A stretch of 56,896 nt of DNA, the filler included, from Sphacelaria rigidula (lineage: Eukaryota), in the NCBI GenBank assembly GCA_964200075.2. It is 7 parts of 7 records of this genome, joined end to end, with 100 filler letters (N's around TTAATTAATTAA, not from the genome) between each part and the next. Parts side by side here need not be neighbours in the genome. Positions count along the whole stretch, not along the records: positions 32,573 to 40,614 come from CAXNAA020012531.1; positions 40,715 to 48,755 come from CAXNAA020012532.1; 5 more parts are not named here. One strand, 5' to 3'. The position numbers and the translations under genes were made by a program. Positions 36,101 to 45,950 of this stretch are shown here, one piece after another. The notes under the pieces are model-generated. The model made no database searches and was not told the origin of the DNA. It saw only the letters and a program-made list of their open reading frames with translations. The number at the start of each line of letters is the position of its first letter. Positions within the stretch are counted from its first letter, which is position 1.

Positions 36101-38522
36101 TTTTCGGGTATACCCGCCCTTCGGGTTCGGGTGAATATGTTGTACAGAACTTACAGAGGTATCGGGTACCGGTATGAAAGTCTTACAGAGATTACAGAAC
36201 TGTCGGGTACCGGTATGGAAGTCTTACAGAAGTCACAGAACTGTCGTGTACGGTACATACCCGGAAAAATACCCCGGGTATACAGAAAACCGTACCTTGC
36301 AGAACACCTTGCAAAATTCGACTTCACGGTCGACGAGGGAAAGGGACTGCTGAACCCCTCTCGCGATAAAAAAGTAAAAAGGCAAGCACCGCAGAAGGAA
36401 GAAGGTGGAGTACTAAAACGAAATAAAAAATAAAAAGTCACTGTGATGGCCTTCCCCTGTGGTACCCCGGCTGATGCGCCCACATACACCGGAAGGTATC
36501 GGCTGGCGTCCAGAATAGATGGGATGATGACACACACAAAACACACATCCGTAATTGAGAAATTTGTGGCTGCCATATCAAACCATACCAGATTGCGAAC
36601 GTTCTCCGAACATTCCGTTACGGTTCTGCGCGGTATCGATCCCTCTTCCGAACAATCCGTTACGGCTCGGGAGGGCATTTACCGGTATAATGTCCCCGGT
36701 ATACTGGTGTAAATAGTAAATACGTTTTCAGCGGTATGCCCTACAAAGCACAACCTCGAAACATTGCACAACACACCAATTTTTTGCTGAAGCCCAAATT
36801 TGGGCGGGAGGAGATTACAATCTTTATATATTTCTAGGTGGAAGTATGACCATTTGTACCCATTCTTACACGGAAGAAGACAATCACGTTCCGGGAGGAA
36901 AAGTAGCAGATTTCATACAAACATATACATTTTCATACGCAGAAGATAATTACGTTCCGGGTAAAAAAGTAAGAGATATTATACGTTTATATATATTTAA
37001 TATACAGAAGATGATCATGTTCCAGGCGAGGCAGTGCAACAAGGTCTCAAGCCCCGCATCAGATAAATAGCGCTTCTCTAACAGCGAGCCTCTACTGTGT
37101 ACTGTACTATTATATATGATAACGGTACATTCACCACTCGTACCGTATTGCGGCGGAACTCGAGTGCTGACAAGCATATGCACTACCATCTCGGCCGGCA
37201 GTCCTCCGACCGCCATCATGCCCGGGGTCGGTTTCCTGGCGAATGTGGCGAACTTTATCGTAAGGACCGGCGGGTACTTCGTGCGAGAAAGCTCGTCCGC
37301 TCCCGGCACTGGTGACATGACCTCCACCTTGTTGAGAAAAAAAAAATGAAAATTGAAAAAATGAAAATGAAAAGCAGTATCTTCGGCATTCTCTTTTTTC
37401 AACCAAACTAAAGTTTATCGCCTCCGCCGTTAAGTGCAAGAGAGGAGTAGAAGAGTCATTCCGACCAAAAGGGTAGGCAGTAGACAAAAGAAGCGGGTGA
37501 TTGTCTATATTTCGTTTATGAAGGTAGGAGGTAACGACTGTATGCAAAAATAAGGACGTAGTAGGAGTATGTTGTACTCAATGAAGTATGCAGTTATTAC
37601 TGTCTGCACCGTAGTACGTACGACGGACACTCGAGCTGGGAAAATGTGTAAATAGAAAATCTTCTGTTGAACGTGCGCAAAATCAAGAGAAAAAACAGCA
37701 CCATATATATATATGCTCACCTTCGGAACAAAAAACAAAACACGGGCGTTCATACATACATACATACATACATACATACATACATACATACATACATACA
37801 TACATACATACATACATGGTTAGTTCGGTTGCAGGGATATTATGTACAGATACGTGCAGTATGACGGCATCTTTGTATTGCGGGATGATCGATGTACAGT
37901 ACACATTGCATTGAGCTATTTTACCGGTTAGTTTGATTCGTGTGCGGTAAACCGAAATATCAAAACGCTATGAAGTCACACATGCGGTCCTGTGTGTTCC
38001 TACACTTCTTTCATTCATTGTTGCTGCCACTGACCCTAAACAACAACGCTGTCGATATCTCACATTCATACTGCGTTCGAGCTGCTCGTCTCAAAAAAAA
38101 GGAGAAAGCAAGAAGACAGGTACACTCAAGACTGTTGCCTGTTTAAATGCGACTGCACGTACGACGATAACAAAAAAAAAAAAAACAGTATTTTCTTCAC
38201 GTCTGGAATTAGTCAAATTCCAAACTGTTTTTTGAGGACAGTAAACAAATGGTTAAACACTCACAAAGTGGTCATCATATTTTGTGTTTTGTGTGTGTGT
38301 GTGTGTGTGTGTATACTCACGGTAATCACGGCCGATCGAACGACGTCGCCCGCTGCCGCTCCACAAAAACGCGGTAACCACGCGGCCGCAGTATTGAACA
38401 AGCTACTGTCATTATCCAGGGAGCTCTGGCCTTCAACCTCTACACCTTCCAACGTATCTTCTTCCATGTCCGGGTACTTTGGCTCCGGAACAGGCATCGC
38501 TTTCACAGAAGGGAGCGAATAT
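33126..38522 (-). CDS. Hypothetical protein, 3' part of a spliced gene; exons 38522-38321, 37327-37144, tentatively 33808-33768 and 33248-33126
   Basis: Phase-compatible AG/GT exons: YSLPSVKAMPVPEPKYPDMEEDTL...AWLPRFCGAAAGDVVRSAVIT / VEVMSPVPGADELSRTKYPPVLTIKFATFARK...VSTRVPPQY / GIVPYRGKLWPPLK / ADKHDKHEQALAKISMAESAFELTTRPFLELCSTPPVEHD*. The first two exons are stronger than the last two. Family not recognised. Confidence 0.55.
34807..35304. mobile_element. MITE filled with short internal repeats (hAT-like)
   Basis: TIR AAGGTTGTGTTCTGTAAGG / CCTTACAGAACACAACCTT. The interior is built of TTACAGAAC and CGGGTACCGG motifs. Confidence 0.7.
35485..36311. repeat. Second, internally expanded copy of the same element (~145-bp unit tandemly repeated)
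   Basis: Repeated GTCGGGTACCGGTATGAAAGTCTTACAGACTTTACAGAAC...GGGTAACTCTTTTCGGGTATACCCG. Same right end CCGTACCTTGCAGAACACCTTG. Confidence 0.75.
36311..36547 (+). mobile_element. tRNA-derived SINE, 5'-truncated copy
   Basis: CAAAATTCGACTT...GGTCGACGAGGGAAAGGGACTGCTGAACCCCT...ATAGATGGGATGATGACACACACA matches the 3' half of 16814-17174. Confidence 0.65.
37751..37816. repeat. (CATA)n microsatellite
   Basis: Tetranucleotide run seen directly. Confidence 0.9.
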
Positions 38523-38865
38523 CTTGGTGAAAGCCAAGATTTGTGGGGCAAGTACCGTTTACAAGACGGGGTCGGGAGTGGGTGCAGATGACTCGTTTTG
38601 TTGAGAGACGGGGGATGCTGTGGTCGTCGATTTTGCGATTGTAGCTCTATGATACGATGTGGTGCAAAGATTAGACAGTAAAACGACAATGCATGCATAG
38701 ATGAGTGTTTTAACGTCTGGTACATTCAGAATTGCCACTTTTGAGCGCCAATCTTTGGTCAGTACCCGATACTTGATATTGCTCGCGAGATCGGCACGTC
38801 GTGGGCATCGGTAGGGATAGGGTAAAGTGGTGGGAAGCATTATGTTTTCACGGAATGTTGTCTTG

Positions 38866-39030
38866 TTATTATTATTTTTATTATTATTATCATTATTATT
38901 ATTATTATTATCATTATTATTATTATTACTATTATTATTATTATTATTATTATTATCATCATCATCATTATTATTACTATTATATTACTATTATTACTAT
39001 TATTGTTGTAATTATTATTATTATTATTTA
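38866..39030. repeat. Degenerate (TTA)n microsatellite
   Basis: Trinucleotide run with TCA/CTA variants. Confidence 0.9.
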
Positions 39031-39049
39031 TTTACTGGTCGCAATTTGA

Positions 39050-39145
39050 ACCCCTCCCCTTCCTCGGGATGAGTCCGTGGTCTCAAGGGATCCACCCATC
39101 TCTCCCCCGGTACACGCCTTGCATTTTGGTCTCGCGGATTGAATC
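39050..39145. repeat. Dispersed repeat (copies ~39720-39820 and ~29960-30072)
   Basis: AACCCCTC...CCGTGGTC...AGGGATC...ATCTCTCCCC..GGTACAC...CGCGGATTG shared. Confidence 0.55.
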
Positions 39146-40442
39146 ATGACCAACACTCCCGCACCGCGTCAATTCACGTCAAACAGACTCAGTCGACTAC
39201 TTCGTATACTCACGTTCTCACGCTTTCCACGGTGGCAATCAGATATTGCAAGATAAAAAGCCAACGCATGGGGAATCGAATCCTCGTTCTCTCCACCCTA
39301 ATGGCGACAGCCGGACCATTACACTACCTGGGCGCGGTGTATCCTAGGGTATTTATTGCGCGTGTTCACCCTCTGTGATTTGTAATAGGCGCACGACACG
39401 ACAATCTTAGCGTCCCATACGATCGGGTTATTGCCGAGAGTTGCCAGACTACTACACGCGTCGAAGAGTACAGCGGTGTTGTGTGAAAAACGAAACGCGA
39501 ACAATGTGACGAAAGACTGCGAACGTCGAATAAAAGGAGCGACGCCGCCGTCGGAAAAATTCCAATCGTGAAATAGAACTCGATCGACTGTACGAAGAAA
39601 CTCCACGTTTTTGTAACGCCGATTGAGTGACAGAAGTCTATACGCTCCTATCATCAAGTGGCGTTATTGCGCCCAGCTGGGGTCCTACAATTTCTTTTCT
39701 TTTTTTGTGTCAGACTTCAAACCCCTCCCCTTGCTCGCAACGAGCCCGTGGTCCCGAGGGATCAAACAATCTATCTCCCCTCAGGTGCACCCCCTGCCTG
39801 CTGATATCGCGGATTGGATGATGACCATCACTACTTCCGCACAGTCACCAAGCGTGAAACGCCGTGATATGTTCGGCGAGTGACATGAGGGGTGGGCTGC
39901 GTCCTACTAAGACTGTTCGGCCCGAACCGGACAAATTATCTTGCTATGTATGCGGCGAAGAACGTGGGTAAATGGCGTATCGGACTCAAAAAAAGGAGCG
40001 GAAGAGTTTGAGAGGACACGTGGCAACGCGCGGACAAACGAGAATCAGACCGCCGTCACGAACGAGAGGCGGCTGCGTCGAGGCCCTCCAATCGAAGAAT
40101 CCTGTCTGCTCATATCGGTTGTTGATTATGTCTTTAATCGGTGGCTCTGCAATGCCTGCTGATGTGTGCCTATATCTACTCTGCTGCTCTGAATCCCTGG
40201 GGCGTTTTCTCCTTTTTTCTTTTTCTTCTTCTTTTCCTTTTTTTAGTTTTTATCTGTTTTTATTTTATATCATTTTCAGTTATTGTTTAATATCGGCCAT
40301 TTCTTTCTGTGCTTGGATTTTGTTGACTTTTTCATCCTTTGTTTTCGCGTTTCAGTCTACGATGTCGTTTTACTCAAAAAAATTTCCCTTCCTGTTCCTT
40401 CTCTTTTTTCAGCGAGTGTTTCATTTTTGTTTTCTTGGGCAC

Positions 40443-40527
40443 GTCTATCATGTCACCACGACCGGGCCCCTGGGGGGTCAGTTGAAGTGCGACAATCAAT
40501 CAATCAAATGAATCAATCAATCAATCA
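40443..40527 (+). mobile_element. RTE-like 3' tail with (CAAT)n end
   Basis: GTCTATCATGTCACCACG...GGGGGGTCAGTTGAAGTGCGACAATCAATCAATC, matching 10050-10130. Confidence 0.55.
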
Positions 40528-40844
40528 TATGTAGCAGCCTCCAATGAGTTACATCATTTCCTAATATCGCCACTTCCAGGGACAGCCACGGGTTACGGGG
40601 GAAGGGAGGAGGGGNNNNNNNNNNNNNNNNNNNNNNNNNNNNNNNNNNNNNNNNNNNNTTAATTAATTAANNNNNNNNNNNNNNNNNNNNNNNNNNNNNN
40701 NNNNNNNNNNNNNNTCCTCGACCTTGAAAAGGGATAACATTCTAGATACCGACCGCAGTCCATCTCAAATAATTTCACAACCCATGAACGTAACATAGCC
40801 CAACAACGGTCTTTATCCGCCGGATTTGTGTACCTCATTCACTA

Positions 40845-43800
40845 TAACCATTATTCTCGCACATGAGCCCCGACCTCTCGAACCTGTGGTCACAGACCTA
40901 AGTTTGCCTTTCCAGGACCGTCATTACTATTCCTTGCATGAGATAGGGTACTCATTGCTTCTTCTGGGACTCCGAGCACCAAGCAAAAAACGAGAATGAA
41001 TGGGAAATAGACGTCCAGAAAGCATACGAGAAAAAAACACCCCCGAGGGTCAGAGTGTTGAAAAACAGGCACATCAGATCTGCCGATAAAGGAAACACCT
41101 TCGGCACCCTACGCCCACGATGTTGCGTTTTCCCGCAAGCGGATCAGTATTTCCGTGACACTGTGTTGTAGAAGTCTCGCTGATCAGCCTGTCGTCGTCT
41201 TCCCCCCCCCTCCATTGCTCCACGCATGACGATGTTGGAAGGGCGTTCGTCGTGCGAAGACGGAAGATGCACTAGTGAGTGTACTGCGCGACGGTCTAAT
41301 CGTTACAATTCGGCAGTCCTCGAGAGGCACTGAGGTAGCCCTAGCAGTATCATAACGAAAAAATCCTTAACATGGCGTGCTTTGGTCCCCAGGCTATCAT
41401 GTACATCTTAGCCCCCTCCTCTACGATTCGGTACCATTCGGAAACATCTTAGGCAACCTGCGTCCACGGTGTTGCTTTTCGTCCGAAGTCAGAGCAGTAT
41501 TCGGTGACACTGGGTTGCAAGCGTCTCGCTGGTCGGCCTGCCTTCGTCTTCCCTTGGACCATTACTTTACGCATCACTATGTCGGGAAGGCGTTCGTCGT
41601 GCATCCGCACGACATGCCCGGCGTGTACGAGGATTCCCCTCATCACGGTAGCCTGCCTCGATGCATCCGCAGCCAGTTCTTTCAAGGATCTCGCGGTATG
41701 GAAGCATGTGGTGGTCGGGGGCACTGTGGCTTCAGGTATAATTGTCGAGACACCTCAGTAGGAACCCGCGGTGAGTTTCCTGCAACGTGCTGAACTTGTC
41801 AGGCGCGATGGCCCAGGTCACGCAGCCATGTAGCATGACTTCGATCATTTATACCTTCAGTCAGGAGACGAACCTTGGCGGCCAGGTTGATGTACGGGTT
41901 GTCGTACATCGCTCCGCTGCACTTGTGGAAGCATTTACAGATCTGGCTAAGGACACTGTGGACCTCAGGAATGACATCGCCAATGCTGCTGATTTCGCCG
42001 CCGAAATTTGTGAAAGGCTCAACTTGCTCGTACCTTGGCCTGCCGCCTCCATGTCGATCACATCCACCATCGTGCTTGGGGAGCGCATGTGCATTGTTGC
42101 CGTGTTCTTTTTCGCTACTTAGAGACCGAACGTCACACAGATTTCGACAAGCCGTCATCACCTTTGTCGGGCTTTGCTGAGATCGCGAGACGATGCCAAC
42201 GTCGCCGGCGTATGGTGTGGCCCAACGCACTTACTAAGTACCTCCCTGGTCCTCCCACCGCTTTCAGCGATGCAAATGAGCTCTTGAGCCACCGCTTTGC
42301 TGATCGAGAAGCTATCGAATGTCACCGTCAGTACCGCCGATGAGAAGATGCTGAACAAACCAGAGGGGGGCACACAGCCTTGGAGAAAGCCCTGGTTACC
42401 GTCAGACCACTCAGACGCCTTACTACTATCAACGCGTACGCACGCCCGCATGCCGTCGAAGAACTGGCGGATAATGGATATGATCTTGGCGGGGATACTG
42501 TATCGTGCTAGCACCTTGCAGAGAAGAGAACACTCGACTACGTCGTATGCCTTCTCGAGGTTGATGAAGCACAGGTACAGTGGAAGATTCTTCTCTTCGG
42601 CCAGGTTTTGGCGTCTGCGCGCAACGTACATCATGTCGACTGTCGTTCGACTGCGTAGTACGCCGCACTGTGCTTCTGGTAGAATTTTTTTCCACTAGCA
42701 GTAGGCTCTGAGGAGAGTCGCAACTGTCTTGAGAATCACCTTGCCCGCGTGGGACCCTAGCGAAAGAACACGGCAGGTGGCACATTCTGCGGGTCCTGTT
42801 TGTTGAACGGCACCTTGATTATGGTGTTTTTTCAGGCCAGGTGTACTACTTCCGGGCGCCACACTGGGAGCACGATGTTGTGGAGGCACTTCAGGATGGC
42901 AGAGTCCCCGGCAAGGCCGAGCTTCAATGCTTGGTCACATAGGTTGTCTGCCGCAACGATCTTGCCCCGGTTGGTCCCACTGCTTCCTTCACTTCTTCCA
43001 TCAAGGGCTCGGCTGCGAGCGATGCGTGCTCCGACATCTATTCGATCAGATCGATGGCTGAGGGCTAGAGCGTAGGCGAGATTGCGTTCAGAAGCGTTTC
43101 AAACCACTCTTGCCACCGCTGTAGGATAGCTCGCTTGTCCCGCAACAACTCGCCAGCCGCACTCCTGATGTAAATTGAAGCACACCCCCTCTGCCCTTCC
43201 AATTCCAAGGGGTTGAAGTGTTGGTACACACCCGCTTGGTTCTTGCGAGCAGCCTCCGCTGTCCTGACGGTGCACTCGTGCATGAAGTTCTGTAGTTCCG
43301 CGTCCCTCGCCCGCTTGAACGCCTTGTCTGTCATCTTAGCGTATTTCTCTTAACACGGTCATCGGTGATGGCGCGTAGCTTCTCCCATATACGCTCCATG
43401 GTATACCACGCCTCTTGGAGGCGATCCTGAGCCTGTGGCGACTAACTGAAATCTCTAGATGGAGGGTTCTTCGGTCAGCGAGGGAGTGTATTCGCGGTCG
43501 TCTGTTTCAGAGCGTTGGCGAAGGTAGATACCATTTCGTTGACGTCCAGGACTGCGTTGGAGTTGATGGCATTCGGGAGCTTGGCGACAACGACCTGCGA
43601 AACAATCGCTCTCCAACGCCGGTGGGATGTAAGAACATTCCGGTCGAAGCGGGCTCCGCTGTCCTCATTTCCTAGTTTTGGTCGGCAGTTGGGTGCGCTC
43701 CGTCCGAGGAGATGGGTGGAGGTTGTGACAAGTCGATGGTCCGATTTTATCTTGGGGTGTACAGTGACGTTTCGGACGAGTTCCCAGCCTTGCTGACGTA

Positions 43801-45290
43801 CCGAGGTATAGTCCAGGCGCCAGCATTGTCCGACCTGCCGTCCCTCACATGTGTACGCCGCTCAGTTTTCCCTGCTAGTTGTCTTGCGAAGAAATATCTT
43901 GGTGATTGTCTTTTTATTATTTGCAACGAATGTTAGCAGTCGTCTGCCGCCATCATGGAGGATATCTCCGCCATACTCTCCCAATATCCGCTCGTCTCCT
44001 AGGCCTTCGCCCTCTCTCTTTGCGATGGGAGCGTTGGCATCCCGTCATGAGCATTAGGTACTCATTGGGGAGCACAATTAGCGACGGAACTACCAAGTGT
44101 CTTCCAGAACTTCGTACTTTCAGAGGTGGTTGCTGTCTCAGTGGGAGCATTACCCACGATGAAGGTCGTGGCAACTCTTTGTTTGAAAACTACTACCACC
44201 TTAAGCGTCCTTGCACTGGTGTGTTTGAGGACGAGGCAATATACTCGTTGATGGCCAGGCCGCCTCCGACCGTTCCCGATTTACCCTCATCTCCATGGCA
44301 GTGGCCGCTGCAGTGGATAACATACCCCGCGGTTGGAACTTGGGAGGTTGTTACTCCATCGCGACAGGTCTCTCGAAGGGCGACGACATCACAGTTGTAC
44401 TTGGAGGCAAGAAATACAAGGTCTTCTGCGTGACCTGCACCGTTGGTTCCTCCCGAAGCCAATGTGCGTACTTTCCAGGTGGCAACTACCAGCTCTTTGG
44501 ATTGAGACATCTCCCTTACAGCAGAGCGACTAACACGAGCGGATACTTTTGCTCCTCGTCGAGATGGCCGTTCCCTCCTTCTCCTTGTTCTCAATGTGTG
44601 ATCAACCACTCGTGGGCTAGCCTCTCTCCCCACGCTCTCTCCCGTCTACTCTGGCTCCTGCCTGGTTTCTCCTGCACGGAGATCAGCACGCTCCGCGCAC
44701 GCCGACCTCCACCAAGTTGACCTTCATGCTCACATGTACGCTGTCGCCTGCTACTGGAGCTACGGTAACAATGTTTCCAGCGGTGGTGGTCATGATTCAC
44801 AATAGCGGCCCCAGCAGACAGGGACAGGGTGTGTTTCGACATCAGTGTTACGTAGCAGCAATGCTGCGGGTGGTATCCACCGTATGGTGCGGGGCAGGTT
44901 GACGGTAGTTGCCACTCAGTTCCGCACTACTGTCGCGCGGAGCAGTTTGACAGTAGGGGTAATTTAGTCTCCGCACAAGCCGAGTGATGTACCCTTCCAG
45001 AGATTGCTTCCTTCAGCTGGCACAATCCGGCCGCGGTGGCTCAGGCCCACGGCTGGGGGAGGGGATCAACTGTGTCACGGGTAGTATGCACCATATCGCG
45101 TGCGCGCGGGGTAGTTCGACAGTAGGTGTCACCTAGTTTCCGCACGACTGTGACAGAGAAGTTTGATAATAGTGTCACTGAGTCTCTGCGCAAGCCGATC
45201 GCTGTATCCTTCCCGGGGTCGCTGCCTTGAGCCGGCCCGACCCGGTCTCGAGGGCTGAGGGCCTAAGGCCGAGAAGGAAGCCGACAACCT
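40845..45290 (-). mobile_element. Decayed RTE-clade LINE (APE endonuclease + reverse transcriptase), frameshifted; 5' boundary approximate
   Basis: APE: LVVATWKVRTL...CDVVALRET...GYVIHCSG...GGGLAI (~44193-44500). Linker: IRSAAGELLRDKRAILQRWQEWFETLLN. RT: MMYVARRRQ..AEEKNLPLYLCFINLEKAYDVV...IPAKIISIIRQFFDGMRACVR...QGFLQGC and YAGD (degenerate YADD). C-terminus: GHVVRMHDERLP...GKTKAGRP. The motifs are spread over several frames. A second C-terminal remnant lies at ~41150-41270. Confidence 0.9.
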
Positions 45291-45569
45291 TTATACACAA
45301 CCTACGATACTCGCGTTAAAGTCTGGGACTGCCACAGCGGTCAGATATACAGACTATCGTGCTTTCTCTCTTACACAGCGGCTGAAGTTTGGGTTCTGGC
45401 GCGCATGCGGAACGGGCAGAAAACGTGACGCGTCGCAAGAATAACCGTGTGCTATTCCGAGAGAGGCCATGCACAAGGGAGGGGGAAGCTTTGTCGAGTG
45501 CTTTGCCGGTTAACGTCGACAAGGCAAGTGAGGAACGTTGTGTATCGAGGTGGTTGGGACCGGTCGTAA

Positions 45570-45950
45570 AACGTTGTTTGCTCGATAACAAGCTGCATAG
45601 GTTTCCGATCAAATAATCCATTGCACGCAACTGATTGCGCAGACGTCTGACCGAGTAGTTGGTGGCGCGCAACCGGTTGTACAGGCTCCCGACCGAGTAG
45701 TGCGGTGCCTGTACCCGATTGCACACTTTACCGACCGGTAGTTGTTTGCGCACAACCAGCTGCACAGGTTTCCGACCAAGGAGCTGTTTGCGCACGACTA
45801 ATGGCATGGGTTCTCGATCGGTAGCTGTTTGCGCGCAACACCTTGCACAGGTTTCTGTCCGAGTAATGTTTTGCACACAACTAGCTGCACTGGTTCTGAA
45901 CGAGCAGTGGGTTGCGCATAACTACTTGCCAGATTTCCGACCAAGTGGTT
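45570..45950. repeat. 42-bp minisatellite, ~9 diverged copies
   Basis: Consensus ~TAGTTGTTTGCGCACAACCAGCTGCACAGGTTTCCGACCGAG. The overlapping ORFs show 14-aa periodicity. Confidence 0.85.

Noticed and set aside
38801..39072. Poly-Tyr/Leu/Ile ORFs
   Set aside because: Translations of a (TTA)n microsatellite.
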